Origin: Candidatus Latescibacterota bacterium | GTDB taxonomy: Bacteria; Latescibacterota; UBA2968; UBA8231 | Reading direction: 5' to 3' | Length of the DNA stretch: 64,000 bases | Assembly: GCA_965203175.1 (NCBI GenBank) | Contig: OZ241867.1 | Location: 4,096,001-4,160,000, forward strand | In this document: piece after piece, positions 56,094 to 64,000 of the stretch | How the letters are laid out: each line of letters opens with the position of its first letter | Position numbering within the stretch: position 1 is the stretch's first letter | Translations under genes and position numbers: made by a program | The notes under the pieces: model-generated | The model's input: only the letters and a program-made list of their open reading frames with translations | Databases searched by the model: none | What the model was told of the DNA's origin: nothing

Positions 56094-57677
56094 ATGCCAA
56101 AGCCAAGAATCATGTTTTACCACGATGGGCGGCATCCACTGATCTACATGTACGAGCCGCCGATGCAGAAGGAGGAGTACGAGCAGGGGGTGGATGAACT
56201 GTTGGGCACGCCGGTCGAAGCTATCATGTTTTGCCTCGGCGACGGCCGCACCGTGCTGCACGACACCGAGGTAGGGGAGCTGTGGGGGCACAATATGAAG
56301 CGGTGGCCGCATCTGATTTTTCGCCGCGCCCATCAAAATGCCCGCGACCTAATCCGCAAGGGGCACGATCCCCTGCGCCTGATTTGCGACCGCGCCCACC
56401 AGTACGGCAAACAAGTGTATACGACGCTGTTGGTACAGCAGGGTCGAGGACCGCGAGAAGAGGACGTGCGCTGCTCGGATTTCCGCTTTGACAACGCCCA
56501 TCTAGAAATCGGCGCGCAAGACGGTGTCCCCGACGACTATCCTGGCTACACCTGTCTCGACTTCAAGCACAAAGAAGTCCGCGACGAGCGCTTTGCCCTG
56601 ATTGCCGAGACTTTAAAAAAATATCCGGTCGATGGCTTTGAGCTACAGATGAACTACCAACCCTACTACTTCCACCCAGATGAGGTCGATGCTGGCCGCG
56701 AGATTATGACCGAGTGGGTGCGCAAGGTGTACCGCGCTGTCAAGCGGAGCGGCAAGCAACGCGAATTGGCCATCCGCATCCCCTATAGTATCGAGGGATG
56801 CTATGCCGTCGGCATGGACGTCGAGGCGTGGCTGCGCGAAGGGTTGGTCGATGTGCTGATCGGCCAGTCGTTTTCCGGCCCTGAACTGCTAGATTCGACC
56901 ATTGATTTCCGGCCTTTGGTTGCGGCGGCCGAAGGCACAGGCTGTCGGGTACACGCAGCCTTGCAAAGCCACGTGGACTCAGATCGCTTGGGAGAGGCGA
57001 CCATTGAGATGGTGCGCGGGGCCGCCTGCAACTACTGGGCGCAGGGCGTCGATGGCCTGTACTTGGCGCACTGGTTTGGGAACTGGCCGTATCAGGCTTC
57101 TTTTTACGAGAAGTTGCGGGAAGTGCCCTATCCAGAGGTCATGGCCGCGCGCGACAAAATTTACTACATCCCGACTGTGACCGGGCGCTACCCCAATCCC
57201 ACCACCGAGCCGGGGACGACCATGCAGCTGCCGGCCTATCTGCAAAAGGGCCACAAGGCTTCCATCACTTTGTCGGTTAGCGACGATCTGCGACGCTGGG
57301 CCAAGGTTGGCCGGGTACACGAAGTGTTGCTGCGGGTGCGGGTGATGAGTCACACTGAGCGCGACCGACTGAAGTTCTATCTCAATGGCCGGGAGTTGCC
57401 CGCCAGTCTGTTGCGCAAAATCAACGAAATGTACCGGATGTCGGCTCCGCGCTATCGCACGGGATCGGGATATTGGTACGCGTTTAGGCTGGATGCCAAA
57501 CACTGGCCGAAAAAGGGGAACAACACGCTCGCAGTCGAATTGGTGCGGCGAGACGCCCAAGCGCTGCCGGAGATTTTTGTGCGCGACGTGGAGTTGGATG
57601 TCAAATACCTGATGGGGCGCAATTATCACCGCGGCCAAGACATAGATCTGGGGCCGAGCGAACCATCGGGAATATGA
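56094..57677 (+). CDS. Putative glycoside-hydrolase-like TIM-barrel protein (GHL10-like)
   Basis: 'IMFYHDG', 'DPLRLICDRAH', 'LDFKHKEVRD', 'YPVDGFELQM', 'GMDVEAWLREGLVD', 'GVDGLYL'. Confidence 0.6.
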   Translation: MPKPRIMFYHDGRHPLIYMYEPPMQKEEYEQGVDELLGTPVEAIMFCLGDGRTVLHDTEVGELWGHNMKRWPHLIFRRAHQNARDLIRKGHDPLRLICDRAHQYGKQVYTTLLVQQGRGPREEDVRCSDFRFDNAHLEIGAQDGVPDDYPGYTCLDFKHKEVRDERFALIAETLKKYPVDGFELQMNYQPYYFHPDEVDAGREIMTEWVRKVYRAVKRSGKQRELAIRIPYSIEGCYAVGMDVEAWLREGLVDVLIGQSFSGPELLDSTIDFRPLVAAAEGTGCRVHAALQSHVDSDRLGEATIEMVRGAACNYWAQGVDGLYLAHWFGNWPYQASFYEKLREVPYPEVMAARDKIYYIPTVTGRYPNPTTEPGTTMQLPAYLQKGHKASITLSVSDDLRRWAKVGRVHEVLLRVRVMSHTERDRLKFYLNGRELPASLLRKINEMYRMSAPRYRTGSGYWYAFRLDAKHWPKKGNNTLAVELVRRDAQALPEIFVRDVELDVKYLMGRNYHRGQDIDLGPSEPSGI

Positions 57678-57695
57678 GTTGATGGACAAACGAAG

Positions 57696-60128
57696 ATGAT
57701 ATTGAACAGGCGTTACAAAGTTGTGCTGGCGGCGTGCGTCGCCGGCTGGTGTAGTGCGGGGCCGACGGAGGCCGGCTACATCCCGGATGTACCCTATTTT
57801 CACCAGCACAGCAATCGCATCAATCCCTCTGGCTCCTGCCAAAATACCAGCGTCGCTATTGTGCTCAAATACTACGGGGCCGATGACATTACTCCCGACA
57901 TGATCTCCGCCAAATGGGGTACGCACGTCGCCCAGACCACTGGTGGTCTCGAAAAGGTCTTTAACGAGGAAGCTGCGCTGCGCGGTCTCACTGTACGCGA
58001 CCAAGCGACTGAAACCGGACTCTTGCGGGAATTGCACGCGCTGTTGGACGTTGGTCGGCCAGTAATCGTCCACGGCGGCTTTTCCACGGTCGGGCACCTA
58101 ATGGTGTTGGTTGGGTACGACGAGCGTTTTTACTACGCGATGGATCCGGCGAGCCAGTGGACCGAGCGGCTCAACGGGGGATTTACCAACACTGACGATC
58201 CGCACATAGGCCGCTACACGCGCTATGGTCGCGACGCAGTAGAAAACGCCATCGTCTCCCGGGGCTTCATCCGCATGCACCAGATTTATTTTGTTCCGGG
58301 GCCGTTGGCCGCCGAGTGGGAGGGGAGCTTCTCCGATTCGGTTGCCGTGGGTGCGGCGGTGGAGTTTGCTGGCGGTATCCGCATCCGAGATATGCTGGCC
58401 AATGGCGAGGACCTGCATGTGTCTGCGGACTTGAGCGCGTTGGGGGGGCCGTCGGACCAAACACTGACTGAAGCCTCGCCGGGATTTTATCCTTTTGTAG
58501 AGACCCTAGTCGCCGGTGGGGGCGCAGGGCGCAAGACCGTCGTCTTCCACATCCGCCGGGGCGAAGCCGCCGTCAAGGTCAAGCGAACCGTGGTGCTGAT
58601 GCCAGCCGAGAACCAAGTTGTCTTCGACGGAGGGTTGGGTGTTGGTTGGCACGTGGGTTTTGCTACTGGTGCTGAGCTTGCGGTGTCAGCGGGAGCACCG
58701 CTAACTGTGGAGACGCGCGGCTTCACGTTGGAATTGCTTCCTTCTGTACCCTTAGAACCCGTCGGCTATCGCGCTCTGCGCTTTTCCTTCCATCCCGGCG
58801 ACGCGACGGTCGGTTCGAGGGGGGCGTTCTCCGTGCAGTTCAACGAGAATCCGCGCAAGATTGAACCGCTAATCGGCGGTTTTTTCCGTGGCATTGACAT
58901 GGAGCGGGCCGAGTGGCAGACAGTGGAAGTGCCGCTGTGGGCTTTTGCGCCGTTGGAAGAGCCGATTGAGTCCATTCGCTTCTTCGGCAATCTGCGCGGC
59001 ACATTCTATCTCGACGATCTAGAGCTGGTCAGCGCCCTGTTCCCGACTCCACGTCTAGTGGCCGATTGGCAGAGTGCGTTGCCGGACTCCGCGCTAGCTG
59101 GGGCCGAGTTGGTCCTGCGCGAGCGCCTGCGCGTCACTAGCCCCGTGCCCGATGGTCCTGTGCCCAAGGTCTTAGCCGATCTGAGTGAATTGGGGGGCGA
59201 CACTGAGGTGGCGCTAGAGCGAGTTGACGCGGGACTGTACCAACTAATGGGGACGCTGTCTGCCGATGTGCCCAATGGCCTAAAGGCCGTGCGGATTCAC
59301 CTTCGTCAAGAGACTCCAGACGGGCCACTGGAGACGACCCTAGTGAAGGAGTTGGTGGTGCTGCCAACGGCGGACCAGGTCATTTTTGCCGACCAATACG
59401 GCGAGAACTGGACCCAAGGGTTTACCTCCAACGTCGAGGTAAATGAGCAGGTCTTTGCCGGCACTTGGGCACAGGTGCTTGTCGCCGAGGCATTTACCCT
59501 CGAATATAAGACGCTCGTGCCAGTGGAGCCGGTGGGGTACCGCGCTCTGCGGCTGGCCTTCCACCCCGGTGATGCCGCAGGCGGCACCCAGCCTGTCTTC
59601 AATGTCATGGTCAATGGGGATACGCCGTCGTTGGTCGCGCTGTTCGAAGGAGATGGCTTGGATTTCGCGCGGCAAGAATGGCAGGTGATAGAGATTCCGC
59701 TGGAGCGCTTCTTTCGGCTCGACGGGTCGATTGAATCCATTCGCCTGTTCGGCAACTTGCGCGGCACGTTCTACTTAGGCGATGTGCGCTTGGTCGCCGC
59801 TAGGACTCCTGTGCCCACGGCGGTGCTACAGCAGCACGGAGTAGTGCCAGAGGCGTTCTCCCTAGCGCAGAACTATCCCAATCCATTTAACAGTACCACT
59901 GCGATTGGCTTTGCCCTGCCGCGAGCAGGGGCGATCCAGCTCGCAGTCTTTAACGCACTCGGCCAGCAGGTCGCCGTCTTAGCCGAGGGAACCTATCCAG
60001 TCGGTTCATACACCCTGCGCTGGGATGGAGTAAACGACGGCGGGCGCGCCTTGGCCGCGGGCCTATATTTCTATCGGTTGCAAACCCCTTGGGGCGAGCA
60101 AACGCGTAAACTACTTTTGTTAAAATGA
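57696..60128 (+). CDS. Secreted C39-like cysteine peptidase with duplicated CBM-like modules and a T9SS type-A-like CTD
   Basis: 'VPYFHQ...SCQNTSVAI', 'GRPVIV', '[10 protein letters not shown]...MDP'; two copies each of 'ADLS.LGG' and '[15 protein letters not shown]...EWQ..E.PL...[15 protein letters not shown]'; 'NYPNPFN...KLLLLK'. Confidence 0.8.
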   Translation: MILNRRYKVVLAACVAGWCSAGPTEAGYIPDVPYFHQHSNRINPSGSCQNTSVAIVLKYYGADDITPDMISAKWGTHVAQTTGGLEKVFNEEAALRGLTVRDQATETGLLRELHALLDVGRPVIVHGGFSTVGHLMVLVGYDERFYYAMDPASQWTERLNGGFTNTDDPHIGRYTRYGRDAVENAIVSRGFIRMHQIYFVPGPLAAEWEGSFSDSVAVGAAVEFAGGIRIRDMLANGEDLHVSADLSALGGPSDQTLTEASPGFYPFVETLVAGGGAGRKTVVFHIRRGEAAVKVKRTVVLMPAENQVVFDGGLGVGWHVGFATGAELAVSAGAPLTVETRGFTLELLPSVPLEPVGYRALRFSFHPGDATVGSRGAFSVQFNENPRKIEPLIGGFFRGIDMERAEWQTVEVPLWAFAPLEEPIESIRFFGNLRGTFYLDDLELVSALFPTPRLVADWQSALPDSALAGAELVLRERLRVTSPVPDGPVPKVLADLSELGGDTEVALERVDAGLYQLMGTLSADVPNGLKAVRIHLRQETPDGPLETTLVKELVVLPTADQVIFADQYGENWTQGFTSNVEVNEQVFAGTWAQVLVAEAFTLEYKTLVPVEPVGYRALRLAFHPGDAAGGTQPVFNVMVNGDTPSLVALFEGDGLDFARQEWQVIEIPLERFFRLDGSIESIRLFGNLRGTFYLGDVRLVAARTPVPTAVLQQHGVVPEAFSLAQNYPNPFNSTTAIGFALPRAGAIQLAVFNALGQQVAVLAEGTYPVGSYTLRWDGVNDGGRALAAGLYFYRLQTPWGEQTRKLLLLK

Positions 60129-60192
60129 AAGTATAGTGGTCGGCGATCAGCGCCCGTTATCGCTTGGCCTCTATCAAACCGAAAGGAACCCC

Positions 60193-61911
60193 ATGCCCAG
60201 AGGTATTCGCAACTTCGCCATTTTTGCCATCGCCCTGCTCTCGTCTTGGATTATAGGTGTCAATGTAGCGCCGACGTGGACGATTGAGCGGATCGAGTTG
60301 GACGTGAAAACGGACGACGACGGCAAGCTGTACTACGTCTATCGCGAAAAACCCGCCTATTTCGAGGCCGTGCCCATGGCGCAAGCCCAGCTCAACCCGG
60401 CTAAGATTGAGGGGTCGAGGACAACCCCGCCGATCACGGAAGAATTTGTCTCCGTGGCGGAGACTGGCCGCTACTACAAATTAGTAGCCAAGCGCCACTG
60501 GAGCTATTGGTCGCTGCTGCCGGCGGTAGTGGCCGTGCTGTTGTGTTGGCTGACCAAAGAACCGGTCACCTCGCTGTTAGGTGGCATCGTCGCTGGTGCT
60601 CTGCTGATGGGCCGGTACGACTTCACTGGCGATGTACTGATCCCCTCGTTGGCGACCAAAAGCGCAGCCGGAGTTCTGCTGCTCTACTTGTGGCTGTTGG
60701 GGGGGCTGATGGGGATATGGTCGCGCACGGGGGCGGCCCAGGCCTTTGCCGAGTTTATGACCGAGCGCTTTGTGCGCGGGCCCAGAAGCGCCAAGCTGGT
60801 CGCCTGGCTGCTCGGGGTCATCTTCTTTCAGGGCGGCACCGTCAGCACGGTACTGGTCGGCACCACGGTTAAACCGATTGCCGACAATGAAAAGATCAGC
60901 CACGAGGAGCTGGCGTACGTGGTGGATTCAACGGCCTCGCCGATTGCATCCCAGCTCGCGTTCAATGCTTGGCCCGGCTACGTGCAGGCGTTCATCTTCG
61001 TCTCTGGCGTCAGTTTCCTGGCGACTGAAGCCGATCGCATTGCCTTCTTTTTTCAAAGCGTGCCCTTTTGTTTTTACGCCATTTTTGCCGTCTTGGGCAC
61101 GTTCTTGCTCAGCATTGAAAAACCGCTCTTTTTGGGCTCGCAACTGAGGGCAGCGATGGAGCGCTCGCGCGCAACCGGCGAGCTCGACGCTCCCGGTGCC
61201 GATCCCCTGAGCGCCAAGGAACTGCAAGGGAGCAACGTACCCGAAGGCTACACTCCGCACGTCCTCGAATTCTTCTTGCCGCTGGGCACGCTCATCGCCA
61301 TTGCCGTTGGCACCTTTATCGTTGGCGGATCGCCCAATGTGCAGTGGGCTTTTGGCATTGCACTCCTGTTGGCTGCGGGCATGGCCTTGGCCAAGGGCAT
61401 GGCGCTCAGAGACCTCATCGCTGGCTTTCACGATGGCATTAAGGGCGTGGTGCTCGGCTCGGTCATTTTGCTGCTGGCGATCACCATCGGCGGTATTAGC
61501 AAGGAGACGGGCGGCAGCATCTTTTTGGTCGAACAGCTCGGCGAGGCCATTCCGTATTTCCTCCTGCCGGTCTTGCTGCAGATTCTCACGATGGTCATTG
61601 CCTTTTCCACTGGCACGAGTTGGGGCACGTATGCGGTGGCGTTTCCGCTGGCCATGCCGCTTGCTTGGGCGGTGGCTGGTGCTAACGGCCTAGCGCATCC
61701 AGAGCTTTTTATGACGTTGTGTTTTGCTGCGGTCATGGACGGCAGCGTGTACGGAGACCAGTGCTCGCCGATTTCGGATACCACCGTGCTTAGTTCCATG
61801 TGTACGGGCTGCGACCTGATGGATCACGTCAAGACGCAGATCCCGCAGGCGACGCTTGCGGCGGGCTTGGCGGCTTTGTGCTGGACGGCCGTGGCGTTCT
61901 TTACCGCCTAG
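60193..61911 (+). CDS. NhaC-family (ion transporter superfamily) membrane transporter
   Basis: '[10 protein letters not shown]', '[16 protein letters not shown]', 'FSTGTSWGT', '[15 protein letters not shown]...HVKTQ'. Confidence 0.88.
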   Translation: MPRGIRNFAIFAIALLSSWIIGVNVAPTWTIERIELDVKTDDDGKLYYVYREKPAYFEAVPMAQAQLNPAKIEGSRTTPPITEEFVSVAETGRYYKLVAKRHWSYWSLLPAVVAVLLCWLTKEPVTSLLGGIVAGALLMGRYDFTGDVLIPSLATKSAAGVLLLYLWLLGGLMGIWSRTGAAQAFAEFMTERFVRGPRSAKLVAWLLGVIFFQGGTVSTVLVGTTVKPIADNEKISHEELAYVVDSTASPIASQLAFNAWPGYVQAFIFVSGVSFLATEADRIAFFFQSVPFCFYAIFAVLGTFLLSIEKPLFLGSQLRAAMERSRATGELDAPGADPLSAKELQGSNVPEGYTPHVLEFFLPLGTLIAIAVGTFIVGGSPNVQWAFGIALLLAAGMALAKGMALRDLIAGFHDGIKGVVLGSVILLLAITIGGISKETGGSIFLVEQLGEAIPYFLLPVLLQILTMVIAFSTGTSWGTYAVAFPLAMPLAWAVAGANGLAHPELFMTLCFAAVMDGSVYGDQCSPISDTTVLSSMCTGCDLMDHVKTQIPQATLAAGLAALCWTAVAFFTA

Positions 61912-61997
61912 GTTTCCTAACTAAACCCGGATTCACGTTAAGTATTAAGAGACACCTATTGACGTTAGCATTTTTCTCTATTTTGGGAGCCTGTGTT

Positions 61998-62999
61998 ATG
62001 CCTACTTTTCTCGACTCAAACTCTATTATCGACGACCCACCCGCGCTCCGCGATCGCATGCAGCGCGACGGCCATCTCTTTGTCAGCGGCCTGCTGCCTG
62101 CCGATGAACTCGAAGCGCTCAGGCTGCGCTTTTTGGCCATTGTTCGCGATGCTGGCTGGGTTAAGGTAGATACGCCACTCGAGGACGCCATCGCTGACCA
62201 AGACGGCTTCTGCGTCGAGCCGACGCCCGAGTATATGGACGTCTATAGCCGGATGTACGCCTTGCCCGAATTCCACGCCTTGCAGCACCACCCCGCGCTC
62301 GTCGGCCTGCTCGAAAGGCTGTTCGACGGCCCGGTGCTGCCGCACCCTCGCCTCATCGGCCGCACCATCTTTCCCAAGCGCGAATCCTTTACCACGCCGC
62401 CGCATCAGGACTTCATCCCCATTCAGGGCACGGCTGAGACTTATACAGCATGGTTCCCGCTCCACGATCTGCCGCCGATTATGGGTGGGCTGGAGGTGGC
62501 CGCTGGTGCGCATCGGGGGGGCGTTTATAATTTCCAGCCGGCCTTGGGGGCCGGAGGATTGGCGATTACCGACTCTTTTGAATGGACCGGCGGCCTTTTC
62601 GCGCAAGGGGATGTGCTGTTCTTCCACAGCATGATGCCCCATCGCGGCGTCCCCAACACCGGCGAGCAACTGCGCCTGTCCATCGATGCCCGCTACCAGC
62701 GCTTGGCCGATCCCATCTCCCCAGGCAGCTTGCTGCCGCACAGCCAGCCCAATACTTGGGAGGCCATCTACGCCGACTGGCCCGACGCCCGCTTGCAATA
62801 CTACTGGCGCGAGCACGAACTGGACGTGGTTGACTACGACAATAGCTATCACGAAGAGCGCGACCGCCAGGCTTTGGAACTGGGCGAGCAAGGCGATCCG
62901 CTAGCCGTCTCGGCACTTCAGCGCATTATCGCCCGCGACAAAGATCCCGACAAGCGCCAACGGGCTGCCGAACTACTCGCGGCTATGGAGGAAAAGTAG
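61998..62999 (+). CDS. PhyH-family Fe(II)/2-oxoglutarate dioxygenase
   Basis: 'LRDRMQRDGHLF', 'TPPHQD', 'TAWFPL', 'GDVLFFHSMMPH', 'RLSIDARYQ'. Confidence 0.88.
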   Translation: MPTFLDSNSIIDDPPALRDRMQRDGHLFVSGLLPADELEALRLRFLAIVRDAGWVKVDTPLEDAIADQDGFCVEPTPEYMDVYSRMYALPEFHALQHHPALVGLLERLFDGPVLPHPRLIGRTIFPKRESFTTPPHQDFIPIQGTAETYTAWFPLHDLPPIMGGLEVAAGAHRGGVYNFQPALGAGGLAITDSFEWTGGLFAQGDVLFFHSMMPHRGVPNTGEQLRLSIDARYQRLADPISPGSLLPHSQPNTWEAIYADWPDARLQYYWREHELDVVDYDNSYHEERDRQALELGEQGDPLAVSALQRIIARDKDPDKRQRAAELLAAMEEK

Positions 63000-63034
63000 C
63001 GATAGCGCCTGGGGGAGATTTTTTAAGAAGGATC

Positions 63035-63074
63035 ACAAGAGCCGTCGGCCATGGACCGTCGGCTCTTGTTGTTT
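63035..63074 (+). terminator. Rho-independent terminator
   Basis: acaagagccg ... cggctcttgt stem followed by tgttt. Confidence 0.65.
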
Positions 63075-63191
63075 GGTACCGTCTGCAAGCAGCAGCTTGT
63101 AAATTGAGTGCGTAGGGACATAATTTTTTGCAGCAGAAGTAACACTCCGCGCCACCATAGGTGTTTAAGTAGTAACACCGCCAGGGAATAC

Positions 63192-63665
63192 ATGGACGTA
63201 GATACACTGTACCGTCGCTACGGGCCGATGGTCATGCGTCGTTGTCGGCAGCTTTTGCGCGACGAAGACCAGGCGCTCGACGCCACCCAGGACGTTTTTG
63301 TGCGGCTATTGACGCGGCGCGATCGCCTGCGAGATGACGCGCCCTCCAGCCTGCTCTATCGCATGGCCACCAACCTCTGCCTCAATCGCATTCGCGATAC
63401 CCGGCGGCGGAAGACCACGGCCGACTCGACGCTGTTGGAGCAGATCGCCTGCTGGGAGGACGCCGAGGGCCAGATAGATGCGCGCGCCGCACTCGCCAAG
63501 CTCTTTGGCCAGCAACTTGAGTCAACGCGCACGATGGCCGTCTTGTACTACGTGGACGGCATGACCTTGGAGGAAGTAGCCAGAGAAGTGGGCATGTCCG
63601 TGTCCGGCGTGCGCAAGCGGCTGCTCGGCCTGCGAGCATCGCTGCAAGAGATGGAGAAGCTATGA
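63192..63665 (+). CDS. ECF RNA polymerase sigma factor
   Basis: Region 2 'ALDATQDVFVRL...LYRMATNLCLNRIR'; region 4 'YVDGMTLEEVAREVGMSVSGVRKRL'. Confidence 0.92.
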   Translation: MDVDTLYRRYGPMVMRRCRQLLRDEDQALDATQDVFVRLLTRRDRLRDDAPSSLLYRMATNLCLNRIRDTRRRKTTADSTLLEQIACWEDAEGQIDARAALAKLFGQQLESTRTMAVLYYVDGMTLEEVAREVGMSVSGVRKRLLGLRASLQEMEKL

Positions 63666-64000
63666 ACCAGCAAGACAAACACCCCATAAGCGACTACCAG
63701 CTAGAGCGCTACCTGCTGCGCGAGGGAACGGACGACGAGTTGGCGGATTTGGAACGCCGGTTGGCGGATGATCCAGAACTAGCGCAGCGGTTAGCGGCCC
63801 TAGAGCGTTCCAATGAGGAATTGCATCGGCGCTACCCACCCGAATGGATGCGCGGCCAGATCGAGCTAAAACTCAAGCGGGCGCAGGGCCGGCGCGTCCA
63901 ACGAACGTGGAGTGGGTATCGCCTTTGGGCCGTGCCGGCCGTGGCCCTGATCCTGGCGGTGGTGGCGGTGCCCACTCTCCTTGATGACCAAGAGACTTCG
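63662..64000 (+). CDS. Putative membrane-bound anti-sigma factor (Myxococcus ActD-like), 3'-truncated
   Basis: Not in the ORF track. ATGA overlap with the sigma stop; reads MNQQDKHPISDYQLERYLLREG...RLAALERSNEELHRRYPP...WAVPAVALILAVVAVP (TM helix) and stays open to the window end. Confidence 0.75.
   Translation, partial: MNQQDKHPISDYQLERYLLREGTDDELADLERRLADDPELAQRLAALERSNEELHRRYPPEWMRGQIELKLKRAQGRRVQRTWSGYRLWAVPAVALILAVVAVPTLLDDQETS

Noticed and set aside
56979-58097. Long antisense ORFs (372 aa here; also 7987-8916, 1161-1988, 62016-62891)
   Set aside because: These are shadow ORFs opposite well-supported genes in GC-rich DNA, with no recognisable motifs.

Overview
GC-rich, gene-dense bacterial window with about 45 CDS. 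I found no rRNA, tRNA, CRISPR array or transposase. The gene content suggests an FCB-group lineage such as Ca. Latescibacterota, possibly host- or sponge-associated (inference only): T9SS-like/FlgD-Ig C-terminal domains, a 'TAVE..SWG.IK' tail, several PhyH dioxygenases, a sulfatase and CRTAC1/TPR pairs. Layout: (1) 1-15.6 kb is an uncharacterised cell-envelope operon with a PpiC foldase, three paralogous secreted proteins ending in 'TPNxDGxND' (type-B CTD-like) domains, two paralogous ~900-aa putative outer-membrane proteins, a TPR lipoprotein and a CBM9-like protein. This is the best candidate for an undescribed system. (2) 15.7-28.2 kb covers uptake and catabolism of sugar acids or sulfated glycans. 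(3) 28.3-29.1 kb is a small decayed TA/DUF1016 islet. (4) 29.2-33.6 kb encodes an NAD-linked formate dehydrogenase whose alpha subunit is a selenoprotein (in-frame UGA plus SECIS) that the ORF track splits in two. (5) 33.8-36.8 kb is a Calx-beta-like surface protein. (6) 37.4-45.0 kb is an accessory island: AAA-DUF4143, an exonuclease-RecQ-UvrD fusion, a DUF4160/DUF2442 pair and a hendecad-repeat protein. (7) The rest is metabolic, including hom-apgM-like-asd, and ends in an ECF sigma/anti-sigma pair. All family assignments come from recognising motifs by eye, not from database searches.
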